A DNA stretch of 64,000 nt, taken from NCBI RefSeq assembly GCF_963921235.1, contig NC_086128.1, positions 41,354,001 through 41,418,000 on the forward strand. Direction: 5' to 3'. Source of the stretch: Mobula hypostoma (lineage: Eukaryota). The notes below the pieces were generated by a model that ran no database searches, was not told the DNA's origin, and was given only the letters and a program-made list of their open reading frames with translations. The position numbers were made by a program, and so were the translations under genes. Below, one piece after another: positions 50,241-62,666 of this stretch (positions within the stretch are counted from its first letter, which is position 1; each line of letters opens with the position of its first letter).

Positions 50241-50421
50241 TAAAATCTTTACATCACATCCATTTTGTGCCATTGCTTCAAATGGTGGCATGAAAGTAAG
50301 AGTCTGTCTATAGTTTAGTATGTTTCACAAAACATTGCTCTGCATTTGATGTTTGAGGTCTTACTTTGCTTCTTCAAGTTCAGGTTAATTATTTAACTTG
50401 CAAGTTATATTTGAATAATTT

Positions 50422-51078
50422 CAGAATCAGAATCATATTTATTATCACTGATATGGGAAATTTGTTGTTTTGCAGTAGCAGTACAGTGCAATACATAAAC
50501 AATACTGCAAGTTTCAATAAGAAGTATAGAAAAATAAATAATTAGTACAAAAAGAGAGTAAATTAGTGAGGTAGTTTTAATGAACTGTTCTGAAATCTGA
50601 TGGCAGAGGGGAAGAAGCTCTTCCTAAATTGTTGAGTGTGTCTTCAGGATCCTGTACCTCCTCCCTGATGGCATTAATGAAAAGAAGGACTCTCCTGAAT
50701 TGTGAGGGCTCCCAATGAAGGATGCTGCCTTAGTGAGACACCGCCTTTTGAAGATGTCCTCAATGGTGAGGAGGCTAGTGCCATTGATGGAGCTGGCTGA
50801 ATCTACAGCCCTCTCAATCCTGTGCATTGGAATTTCTATACCATGCCACGATGCAACCACTCAGAATCCTCTCCACGGTACACCTGTAGAAATTTGCTAG
50901 AGTCTTTGGTGACATACAAAATCTCCTCAAACACCTAATGAAGAATAGCTGCTGCCCAAGATAGATCCTCTAAGATGTTGACATCAAGGTACTTGAGCTG
51001 CTCACCCTTTCACTGCTGACCCCTCAATGAAGATGCGTAGCTTCTCCCGACTTCCCCTTCCTGAAGTCCACAATCAAT
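50422..51078 (-). mobile_element. Rex1/Babar LINE 3' fragment
   Basis: ORF 50624-50860 (FSLMPSGRRYRILKTH); (tctgat)n tail. Confidence 0.8.
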
Positions 51079-51432
51079 GTACAGTTGTAAAAACATGCAG
51101 TGCATGCAGTGTTCATATAACTGGATATTCTGTTCTATGTTCTGTAAAAAAAAACTAAAACTTCTTGCTTCCATGATTTCCCTATTATAATCAGTATAGA
51201 TGGCATTTGCAAAATCTGATCGGCAGATGGTCAGCGAAGGGCAGCTTTATGATTGGTGAAACCTAAGTAGTTGTAAGCTTCCGAAAGTCATCACAGGTTA
51301 ATTGTGTTCCATGATCCAGTATCAATGTTCCAGGTCAGTAAATAATGCAAAGACATGATCAACTTTGCTTATGATTGTTGATGACTACAGTAGATTCTCT
51401 ACAGAGAGCTACAATTTAAAAAATCTACTATT

Positions 51433-54400
51433 AGAGTCATAGAGTTATAGAAAACTACAGCACAGAAATAGGCAATTTGGCCAATCTAGCCAATGCCAAG
51501 CCACCTAAACTGCCTAGTCCCATCTCTGCACCTGGACCATTGCCCACCATACCCTCCCATCCATGTACCAATCCAAACTTCTCTTAAACATTGAAATCAA
51601 AATCGCATCCACCACTTGTGCTGGCTGTTCATTCCACACTCTCACCACCCTCTGAATGATGAAGTTTCCCTTCATGTTCCCCTTAAATATTTCACCTCTC
51701 ACCCTTAACTCATGACCTTTAGTTGTATAGATCTACACCCCTCATAATTTTGCGTACCTCTTTCAAATTTCCCCTTAACTTTCTACTTTCTAGGGAATAA
51801 AGTCCAAACTTTCCTTATAACTCAGGTCCTCCAGTCCCGGCAATATCCTTGTAAATTTTTGCTGTACTCTTCCAACTTTATTTACATCTTTACCGTAGAT
51901 AGATAACCAAAACTGCAAACAGTACTCCAAATTAGGCCTCACCAATACAACTTCAACATAATATCCCATCTCCTGTACTCAATACTTTGATCTATGAAGG
52001 CCACAGTTCCAAAAGTACTCTTTAGATCCTGTCTACCTGTGACAGTAGTTTAATGAATTATGGACCTGTATGCCAAGATCCCTTTGTTCTACCACACTCC
52101 TCAGGGCCCTACCACTCACTGTGTAAGACCTACCCTGGTTGGTCCTACCAAAGTGCAACACCTCACACTTGCTGCATTAAATTCCATCTGCCATTTTTCA
52201 CCCCAGTTTTCCAGCTGGTCCAGATCCCACAGCTTGGTGTCATTGGCAAATCTGCTGATCTTGTTAACCATATTATCACCCAGATCTTTGATAAGGATAG
52301 CAAGTAACAACAGACCCAGCTCCGATCCTTGCAGCACTCCACTAGTCATAGACCTCCAGTCAGCGGGGCAACCATCTACTAGCACTCTCTGACTTCTCCT
52401 GCAAAGCCAATGTCTAATCTAATTTACTACCTCATTTTGAATGCCAAGAGACTAAACCTTCTTGACCAACCTCCCATTCAGGACCTTGTCCATTGCCTTG
52501 TTGAAGTCCATGTAGACAACATCCACTGTCTTGCCTTCATCAGCTTTCCTGGTAACATCCTCAAAAAACTCTGCAAGATTAGTTAGGCACGACCTACCAC
52601 ACACAAAGCCAGGCTGACTATCCTGAATCAATCTCTGTCTATCCAAATACTCATATATCTGGTCTCTTAGAAGACCTTCCAATAGCTTTCACACTACTGA
52701 TGTCAGGCTCATCGGACTATAGTCTCCTAGTGTATCCTTCGAACTTTTCTTAAACAGAGGAACAACATTAGCTATCCTCCAGTCCTCCGGTACCTCACCT
52801 ATCACTAGGGATGATTTAATTATCTCCACTAGGGCCCCTGCAACTTCTGCATTTGCCTCCCACAGGGTCCGAGGGAACACTGTGACAGGCCCTGGGGATT
52901 TATCCACCCTAATTCGCCTCAAGGCAGCAAATGACTCCTCGTCTGTAATCTGCATAGAGTCCATGACCTTGCGTCTGCTTTGCTTCACTTGAATAGACTC
53001 TGTGTCTGTCTCCCAAGTAAATGCAGATGCAAAAAATCTATTTAGGCTTCCCCATCTCTTTTGGCTCCATGCATAATTACTATTCTGATCAGCCAGAGGA
53101 CCAATTTTGTCCCTTGCAATCCTTTTGCTCTTTGCATATCTGTTGAAGCACTTAGGATTCTCCTTCACCTTGTCTGCTAGAGCAACACCGTGCCTCCTTT
53201 TAGCCCTTCTGATTTCTTTCTTAAGTGTTTTCTTGTATTTCTTATATTCCATATGCACCTCATTTGTTCCTACCTGTCTATACCTTCTCTGCACCCCCTT
53301 TTTTTCTTAACCAGGGCCTCTATATTTCTCGAAAACCAAGGTTCCCTAAAACTTTTTACCTCGCCTTTTGTTCTGACAGCCACATACAGATTTGTACTCT
53401 CAAAATTTCACTTTTGAAAGCCTCCCACTTACCACGTACACCTTTGCCAGAAAACAGCCTGTTCCAATCCACACTTGCCATATCCTTTTTGATACCATCA
53501 AAATTGGCCTTTCTCCAATTTAAAATCTCAATGTGAGGACCAGACCCATCTAATTACCTTGACATTAATGGCATTGTGATCACTAGATGGAAAGTGTTCA
53601 TCTACACAAACTTCTTTCACTTGCCCGGTCTCATTCCCTAATAACAGACAATGTATCACACACTCTCTCACAGGGGCTTCTACATACTAATTAAGGAAAC
53701 TTTCCTAAACAAATTTGACAAACTCTATCCCATCTAGTCCTTTTATAGTATGGGATTCCCAGTTATTAGTGGAAAGTTCAAATCACCTACTATCACACCC
53801 TTATTTCTTGCAACAGTCTGTGATCTCTCTTTAAATTTGTTCCTCTAAATCCTGTACTGTTGGGTGGTCTGCAATATAGCCCCATTAATGTGGTCATACC
53901 TTTCTTATTCCTCAATTCCACCCATAAAGCCTCACTAGATGAGTTCTCCAGTCTGCCCTGACTGAGCACTGCCATGACATTTCCCTGACAAATAATGTCA
54001 CCCTTCCCACTTTAATCCCTCCTGTTCTATCACATCCAAATCAACGGAACCCTGAAATATTGAGCTGCCAGCCCTGTCTTCCTGCAACCAAGTCTCACTG
54101 ATAGCTACAGGTGTTGATCCATCCCCTGAGCTCATCAGCCTTTCCTACGATACTTCTTGCATTGAAATATACACAGCTCAGAAGATAAATCCTACCACGA
54201 TCAACATTTTGCTTCTTGACTTTGTCTGAGGTCTTAACAACATCAGTCTCCCCAACCTCGGGCACTCTGGTTCCCATCCCCCTGCAACTGTAGTGTATCC
54301 AAGCCGCCCCCCCAACCCCTGTGTAGTACTAGCAAACCTTCCCACCAATATATTAGACTCCCCTCCAGTTTAGGCGCAAATTGCCTCTTACGTACAGGTC

Positions 54401-55645
54401 TCAACTTCCCTGGCAGAGAGCCAATGAATCAAACATCTGGTACCCTCCCTCCTACACCAACTCCTTAGCCACATGTTAAACTGCATGAACTTCCTAGTTC
54501 TGGCCTCATGAGCAGGTGGCACGGGTGGCAATCCTGAGATCACAACCCTGGAGGTCCAGTCCTTTAACTTAGCACCTAGCTCTCCAAACACACTTTGCAG
54601 AGTCTCATCCCTCTTCCTACCTATGTCATTGGTACTGACATGGACTATGACTTCTGGCTGCTCACCCTCATGGTTAAGAACGCTGAGGACTTGGTCTGAG
54701 ATGTCCCGGACCCTGGCATCCGGGAGGCAACATACCATTTGGGAATCTCGTTCTCATCCACAGAACCTTCTTTCTGATACCCTAACTAGTGAATCCCTTA
54801 TCACCATAACTTGCCTCTTCTCCCTGCTGCCCTTCTGAGCCACAGAGCCAGACTCAGTCCCACAGACCTGAGCGCTGTGACTTTCCTCTGTTAGGTCACC
54901 CACACCCCCAACAGGATCCGAAGTGATGTACCTGGAGGGGGATGGCCACAGGGGTACTCCGCACTGGCTGTTTAACCTCTTCCCCTTCTTGACTGTCAGA
55001 CTGTTTCCTGTGTCCAGCACCTTGGGTATAACTACCTCTCTATCACTCTCTCAGCCTGCTGACTGATCCGGTATTCATCCAGTTCCAGCTCCAACTCCTT
55101 AATGCGCGGAGTGTTAGAAGCTGCAGCTGGATGCACTTCCTGAAGGTGAAGTCATTAGGGACTCTGGAGGTATACCTGCTTTCCTACATCCCACAAGAGG
55201 AGCTTTCAACTATCTTGCCTGGCCTCCCTACTGCTCTAACTGTGCAATTATAAACTAGGAAACAATAAATAAACTGGAAAAAGAATCTACCTACAGATTT
55301 TTGCCTTCTTTCACTCAAGCCTTTCCTCGCTAAAGCTGCAAAATCCCCACTCCAGCACTGTCCACTCCAACAAAGGCCACTCCACTTGCCCCTACCTTAT
55401 TTTAATTTGTACTTGCTAATAAATCCTGGTCTCTGATTGGCTGCTGTTCAAACACCAAAACTCCCACAAAACATTGCTTTTTAATGAACACTCGCCAACC
55501 TGAGTGAGTCACTCCCGGTCTCTGATTGGCTGCTGTTCAAACGCTGAAACTCCCGTGAAGCACTGCTTTTAAATGCACACTCACTGAACTGAGTGAGTCA
55601 CTCCTTCTCTCACTCCTGATCTCTGATTCGCCACTGTTCAAACAT
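51433..55645 (-). mobile_element. Near-full-length decayed CR1: 5' UTR, ORF1 with SGNH/GDSL esterase, ORF2 (APE + RT)
   Basis: ORF1 fragments VMVIRDSLVR and MVCCLPDARVRD..VHVSTNDIG. ORF2 fragments YFNARSIVGKADEL, WVELRNKKG, KSPGP, SCLTNL, SGVLQGSELG. Many disablements. Confidence 0.9.
55425..55644 (-). repeat. Tandem ~89-101-bp monomers (two full plus a partial third) at the CR1 5' end, with CCAAT and TGAGTCA motifs
   Basis: Units start at 55425, 55514 and 55615 (ctctgattggctgctgttcaaac..tgagtgagtcactc). Confidence 0.8.
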
Positions 55646-55879
55646 CACTGATAAGACGAACAAAAAATTAATATCTTGTAAACTGCAACGGTTTTAACTA
55701 ATGCTCTTTTTTATTTTTGAAGATACGTCATTGTAGTTGCTTGACACACCTGTGATGTCCAACCAAATGATATATTAGGGGAATTTCACCTGTAGTTTTC
55801 AGGTTTTCCATTGGTCTTGATGAGCGATGTGTACAACACGTCCCACTAATGACTGTGGAGCGTCAATCTCAAGATGCAA

Positions 55880-56132
55880 GATTCATGGCAGGTGTGACCA
55901 TGAGAAGAAACTTCTTCACTCAGAGCATGGTGGGAATGTGGAACAAGTTGCCAGTGGATATGGTGGATGCAAGTTCGATTGTAATATTTAAGAGAAATTC
56001 AGAAAAGTACATGGATGGGGGGGTATTGAGGGCTATAGTCCAAGTGCGGGTCAATGGGAATAGGTAGAATAACAGTTCAGCATGAACTAGATGGGCTGAA
56101 GTGCTCGCTTCTGTGCTGTAGTGTTCTATGAG
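55880..56132 (+). mobile_element. CR1 3' end
   Basis: MRRNFFTQSMVGMWNKLP..KYMD and the CR1 3' UTR. Confidence 0.8.
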
Positions 56133-56254
56133 TTTGAGTTCAACTCAAAGTTATTGCAAAGGCTGCAGTGGACCTGCAATGGTTTCCATGATGTTTCTGC
56201 TTGGTGACTGGATTGGTGTCATACACAGTAATGTGGAAGCAAAATATTTCAACA

Positions 56255-56448
56255 CACAAAAACCTGGAGGATATCAGTGGGTCAGGTAGCACCTATGGAG
56301 GGAAATGGACAATCAACATTTTGCATTGGATCTCGATCAGAAACGCTGACTGTCCATTTCCCTTCATAGGTGCTGCCTGGCCTGCTGAGTTCCTTCAGCT
56401 TTGTGTGTTTTGCTCCTGATTTCCAGCATCTGCTGCCTCTTGTGTCTC
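56255..56448 (+). mobile_element. Older fold-back PLE mini-element centred on the HHR
   Basis: 56252-~56320 is an inverted copy of ~56342-56409. caaaatatttcaaca (56240-56254) vs caaaatagtgcaaca (56449-56463) is a 13/15 TSD. Confidence 0.75.
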
Positions 56449-57275
56449 CAAAATAGTGCAACATAGATTTGCATTGATCAGCTTTGCCACTCAAGTAACC
56501 AAAATTCAGGACCACTGGGGTTAGTGGTAGGTACTACAATTGCAAAAAGTTGAGACTCAGCTGGGTATCACAATCTCCTGAGGTTGCATAGAATGATATG
56601 TTAACACTGATAGCTTTAAAACTCATTTGCAAAGAATATATCTCCAGAGCTGTCAAAAGACTGGCTCTATTAGGAAATTCTCTGGCATTTTCTCACTGAG
56701 TTAGAGTTAGGTAATAGTGAGGATTGAGAATTGTTGCGGGTTTTATTTCAATCATCATGTCAATCTTTATCACCTAAACCAAGTTCAAAAATCTCTAAAT
56801 ATTTGCTTCTATTCATATCGACTTTGATAAGTCATCTTCTTGTTCTTCATAGGCACTCCTTTGGGATTGAGATTGACACAACCACTCCTGTGGTTTGGGC
56901 TCTGAAGCAGCCAAAGTAGGACACTGGGAAATATGAACAGATCCAGTTTTATTAGACTAAGTGTGAGAATTTATTATCTCCTTGGCAGCTAACTGGTCGA
57001 TGGAATACATTACAGCTGCAAGAAATACTACACCAGATCAAAAACTAAAGCAGAATTTCACTTAGGATATCAACTGCAGGCTTTTGAAACTGACATCCAC
57101 CATCATCCAGTCCCTCCATCCTCACCACCAGCCTACAAGGTGACAATTGCCTTTAAATCTATTATTGATTTAACAGATTCACTGCTGAAGACAATGCAAA
57201 CAATTGCTACTTGTTTTATTGCCACACCAAAGAGATTGAGACTGTTTTAATGTAAACAGATTTAAGAAGGAAATA

Positions 57276-58195
57276 CAGTCGGCCCTCCTTATCCGCGAGT
57301 TCCACGTGCGTGAATTCAACCAACCGCGAATCAAGAAAACCCGGAAGTGCTCTTCCAGCACTTGTTCGAACATGTACAGACGTTTTTTTTGTCATTATTC
57401 CCTAAACAATGCAGTATGACAACTACTTTACATAGCATTTACATTGTGAAAGGTATTATAAGTAAGCTAAAGACAATTTAAAGTATACGGGAGGATGTGC
57501 GTAGGTTATCGTGGATCGGGATCGAAAAAAACCGAGGGAAGTTCTCTTACTAAGTAAGTCGGAACAGATACATCCAGTATTATTTAGCGTCAGTTAGTCA
57601 AACATTTGTCTTAGTATATAGTATATATTTTACCTTTCTATGTATATAAAACACTTAAGAAACGTATGTTTCAGCGCCAGGCTCGGGAACTGAAGTTCCC
57701 GAGTTCGATCCAGTGACAGACCGCTCCCGAGCGCGCTCTCCATCTGTGCTGGGTTGATGTGAAGGATCAAAAACCCAAAACCCCAAAACCCAATAATTAA
57801 ACCACTGCATTGCTTAGTAATCATTGTAGCTTTAATTGGGCAGGGCCTTTCTCATTTTATCCTTTAAAATTGTTCTGATCGTTGACCGACTGTAGCCTAA
57901 CGCTTTTCCAATGACCGTTGGCGTTTCACCTCTTTCTGATCGCTTTATTATTTCCACTTTATTTTAAATCGTGATCATGATTATTTTCATGAACAGACAC
58001 ACTGTGGATTCAGAGCTCCGTCGCCGGGTCCTAATGCCCACCGCACTGAGCCAGGTTAAATAAGGTCCGGCGTTCCACTGGATCCTAAGGTCCACTGTAT
58101 TGAAACAGGTTGAATAAGGGACTTGAACATCCGCGTTTTTTGGTATTCGTGAGGGTTCCCGGAACCAATCCCTCACGAATAAGGAGGGCCGACCG
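57276..58195 (-). mobile_element. Tigger/pogo-type non-autonomous DNA transposon (MER2/Tigger-like), 920 bp
   Basis: TIRs cagtcggccctccttatccgcgag / ctcacgaataaggagggccgaccg with TA on both sides. Minus strand ~57850-57960 encodes KVEIIKRSERGETPTVIGKALGYSRSTIRTILKDK (CENP-B/psq-like HTH). Confidence 0.9.
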
Positions 58196-59365
58196 TACAC
58201 GTTGTCCATGAGGAAAAGGAACAGGAATAAAATAACAATAACACAACTCTACTGTTATCTCCCTTTACAACAGTGGTATGAAGGCGTAACTGAGCTATAA
58301 TGTCCACAACATGGACCAATCAAATCCAGACAATCAAATTTGGGAGAACTAATCCAACCAGCCTCGCTAGTACCCAATCGGTGTTATTTGTGAATATCCT
58401 CATCACAGTTGCATTTAACACAAAGTTCAACAAACAATAGATTGATTCATTGCATATTGACAGTCTTTGTTACAGGCTTACAACAGGACCGATTAATTTT
58501 AATAAGGAAGGCTTGAGACTAAAGACTAGCACACTTAATGCTTCGGGTAATGAAACCTAAACTTGAATCTGAATGAATTACATTATTCAATTCAAACCAC
58601 CCCAGACACCATTTCATACTAGAAGGTGCCCAGTACAGAGACTCTGAAAACACTTCTTTGTGATCCTGAAATCACATGCCTAGGTCTCTATATGAAAATT
58701 ACTTTGTGACAAAACTGAGCTGCAAGATTCCAGAAACACAAGTGTTTCTCGGGATTATAGGATCTGTGTGATTGAGGTTGTTTTGGGATGGCAATGTAAT
58801 AATCTTCCATTATTCACAATAGTGCAGTGGAATCACATTCGAAGTGGATGTTATAAACTGGCAGCAGGAAATACAGCAGTCTGGTGGTTAAGGCCACTCT
58901 CGTGTCATTTAGTATCCTGTCAGTTTCTAATGTAGGATGCCACAGTATTTTTAACTACCGAATTAGGGGCACATTCCACATAGAATGATTGAGAAGAAAT
59001 CAGTGAGCAACCTCTGGTTTCTGGATGGCCTCGGACTGCCTGCCGGCAGCTCAGGGACAGGCACTCCAGTGATTTTGTGGTAAGGAAGGGAGGAAGCCTA
59101 AAATTTAGCTCCAGAAGCCTGAGGGGGAATTAGTGGACCCACAACTGGATGAAAAATTTACTTCAATTTCCCAGTACCCTTTAGTTGATTGCCCCAACTA
59201 GAATGATACTGATTGTTTAAGCCAAATGATGAGAATGCATGCTAAATTTTTAACAGAATCTGTTTGCGGCGGTGTGATAGTTATGCTTTTTTAATTTAAG
59301 ACTCACTCTCAACTAGAAACATTTTCTCTGTGTTACTCCTTGTGTCCCCTCCCCTCAATATAATA

Positions 59366-59822
59366 CAAGGATGTTGCCTGGATTGGGGAGCATGCCTTAT
59401 GAGAATAGGTTGAGTGAAATCGGCCTTTTCTCCTTGGAAAGAATGGAGGATGAGGGGTGACCTGATAGAGGTGTATAAGATGATGAGAGGCATTGATCGT
59501 GTGGATAGTCAGAGGCTTTTTCCCGGGGCTGAAATGGCTAGCACGAGAGGGCACAGTTTTAAGGTGCTTGGAAGTAGGTACAGAGGAGATGTCAGGGGTA
59601 AGTTTTTTACGCAGAGAGTGGTGAGTGCATGGAATGGGCTGCCAGTGACGGTGGTGGAGGCGGATACAATAGGTACTTTTAAGAGACTCCTGGACAGGTA
59701 CATGGAGCTCAGAAAAATAGAGGGGTATGGGTAACCCTAGGTAATTTCTAAGGTAAGGACATGTTCGGCACAGCTTTGTGGCCGAAGGGCCTGTATTGTG
59801 CTATAGGTTTTCTATGTTTCTA
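59366..59822 (+). mobile_element. Young CR1 3' end
   Basis: RMRGDLIEVYKMMRGIDRVDSQRLFP..FFTQRVVSAWNGLP; (ttctatgt)n tail. Confidence 0.9.
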
Positions 59823-59939
59823 ATATCCTTTAATTTTCCTTTAATTTCTTCGTTACAACATTAGGCTGCTATACCAACACCCCTCCTCACACGTCACCCT
59901 TCATTGATACCCCTCACTAAATTATCTCCTTTATAAGAC

Positions 59940-60145
59940 CTCCTTTATTCCCGCAATTTGCCTTCTGCTAGTCAGCCAATCTACTATCCGTGCTCATATC
60001 TTTCCTGCAACACCATGGGCTCTTATCTTGTTTAGCAGCCTCATGCGCAGCACCTTGTCAAAGACCTTTTGAAGACTCAAGAGAACAACATCCATTGACT
60101 CTCCTTTGTCTATCTTGCCCGTTATTTCCTCAAACAGTTCCAACA
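59940..60145 (-). mobile_element. CR1 RT fragment
   Basis: LLELFEEITGKIDKGESMDVV..QKVFDKV..RLLNKIRAHG. Confidence 0.8.
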
Positions 60146-61045
60146 GATGTTGTGATGAGCAAGCAAGTGCACAGATGTTTGGCCTTCTATTGAACCCTGC
60201 CATTCTATCTTCACTTGTGATTAGCCCGGCTACTTAGACTAGAAAGTGAAACGAACACCCAGCTCACATCCTGCTGATTGGTGTCTTTATCAGTCAATAG
60301 TTTCAACTGCAGGGCACAGAAACTGACAGGGAGAGGCCCAGGTTCAAGTCGGTAACTGCAGGTGGCTAGAAAGCAGCGTTATTTTATTGAAAGGCCTGTA
60401 TCCTGTCGGTCTGTTACAGCCTGAAGTCTCTGAAGTCAGTGCATCAGGTTTTGCTTGTCAATTGGTACAATTGGGGAAATATTCCAGTCCAGCAGTCATC
60501 CATTTCTGTAATGAGTGTGGAAAAAAAGTTTGCATCACATCCACAGCCTGTGAAAATCAACAGCTACCTCAGAAATACTCAGAAAGGAAGACAATACATC
60601 GATGGACAACACCCACCCCCTCACCCCTCAGCCCAAAGTACATTGGGAAATATTCTATTCTATTTTAAGCTAATAAGTATTGTATTTCTGGATTAACTAG
60701 ACAAGTCTGATCCTAAGAAGGTCACAGCTATAAATCACTGCTCAAACTGACAAGCAGGACCAAGATGTATTGTGTCACTGGATCTCACAGAACAGTTCCA
60801 TTTAGCAACAGCCTGTAAATGAAAAGGATCAGTTTACCTATTGATTACAAAAAGGAAAGGCGTGCTTGTGAAGCACAGGAAACGGTTCTTATTTATGCCA
60901 CTGCAACACACTGGCTTGGGAATCTACACCAGTGTGTATGCCAGCAACCATTTTTATCATGCGACTGCAGCTTCTCAGCTGCAGGGTCCTGAATCACAAC
61001 GTTGGCTATCGTTTTACCTCCATAGATGCTGCCAAACCTGCCAAG

Positions 61046-62033
61046 CAATGTTCCCTCTAGTTGTGCACATGTATGCGCTTGTACACACATCTTTAGCTAC
61101 CAGCACACAAAGGAATTTAAACTGTGCACAAAAGGCTGTCACCCTCTACCTCATTGGCATGTTAAGTATATTTCATGATCGCACACAATCACATTTCTTT
61201 TTCCAATTTCTGATTCAGATGGTGTTGACAACGTGGAGTTTGCGATGATTTGACTGTAGATTTTAGAACTGGCTGTTTATACTGCTTTTATTGAAGAAGT
61301 TATTGATTCACTATGTTGAATTTCAAAGAAGTAAAGGGCGTGAAGCACAAAAGAACTGCAAGTTCATTTAAAGTGGAATGGCTTAATGAAACAGTAGAAA
61401 CTGCTACACCGAAAGCTCATGAGGTCAGAAACGTGAAACTACGAGAAATACAGAAACTGGTGCTTCCTGCATCTATTGTTGTGATGCTAAAGTTGTTGGA
61501 GAATTTGCAAGTGGGAAGAAGTGGAGTGATATTTGGAAACTTGGCAACACTCCCAACACGCTGGAGGAACTCAGCAGGTCGGGCAGCATCTGTGGAAAAG
61601 ATCGGTCAACGTTCCGGCCCGAAACGTCGACCGATCTTTTCCACGGATGCTGCCCGACCTGCTGAGTTCCTCCAGCGTGTTGGGAGTGTTGCTTTGACCC
61701 CAGCATCTGCAGAGTATTTTGTGATTTGGAAACTTGACTTTTTAAAGTGTCATTTAGCAAGCAAATCACATATGGATGGAGTGCAAAAGCTCTTAGAGAA
61801 AATCCTTTATTACCTACTACAGGCCTGCTACATATGTTATGTGAGAGTGCAGATTATCAAAACAATTATACCCAAAGGAGATCAAAGTTCTTATTGACAG
61901 TGTTTTACTAGCTGTTAAAATGAATATCTCTGTATATAAAATTCAGTGCGCATATATTGTTGTCACTGGGCAAAAAATTGCGCAGCACAAGATTTTTGTG
62001 CACACTGGTCATTACAAATTAGAGGAAGCATTG
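61046..62033 (+). mobile_element. hAT non-autonomous transposon (Tip100-like) with zinc-finger relic and 8-bp TSD
   Basis: TIRs caatgttccctcta / tagaggaagcattg. Perfect TSD ctgccaag at 61038-61045 and 62034-62041. Across a frameshift and an insertion it reads FKVEWL..CIYC..WKLDFLKCHLASKSH (TTF/BED-like finger). Confidence 0.88.
61544..61723 (+). mobile_element. Young 180-bp fold-back PLE mini-element with 13-bp TSD
   Basis: 61544-~61617 is the reverse complement of ~61619-61692, followed by a 31-nt tail. atttggaaacttg at 61531-61543 and 61724-61736. Confidence 0.9.
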
Positions 62034-62666
62034 CTGCCAAGTTCCTAGAACAATTTGCTACTTGCTCCAGATCTGCAAACTCTATTGTTACTCTTAAACA
62101 CCATTCATCATGAAGGAAGATGGAAGCTAAGTCTGTATCTGGGTTGGTCCGGGACATATCGAGACATAGTGGGCCAGAGATGAGAGGTCATGACTTGATG
62201 AGGTGGAGAGAGTAAGTAAGTGAAATTACCCGAACAAAATATATTCTAAAATACAAAGCACTGGCGCTGAAATGCCAAAGAAGTCCTTATCATACAGCAG
62301 GTGGGCCTAACTATAATATTAGTGCAGTATTGCTGAGCTTCAACAATATTTGAGGACAGCTGTTTTCAAACTGAACACCAGTGCCTGTTAGAACAATACC
62401 ACGTGATTATACCATATAGTACACCCAGTCCGTAAAGGTGCATTCACACTCATGTATGCTACATTCATCACTTCTCTTTTGCATACAGATTTCTGTGGGA
62501 TGTGTCACTTTGAAGTGGCCTCTAGTCCTACAACCTACCAGGTTTGAAAAGCTAAGCTTCTAAAAGAAGAATTTATTTCCTTTTTATGTCATGACCTGTC
62601 AATTTCTTCTGTGTGGGTATGTCAGTAACCTTTATCATGGATGTAGAGTAGTCGGGGACTTATTTA

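Noticed and set aside
55425-55644. CRISPR-like repeat array
   Set aside because: Whole units repeat without unique spacers, the context is eukaryotic and no cas genes are present.
61313-61897. 194-aa ORF as a host gene
   Set aside because: Chimera of a frameshifted hAT zinc-finger relic and the inserted PLE hairpin.
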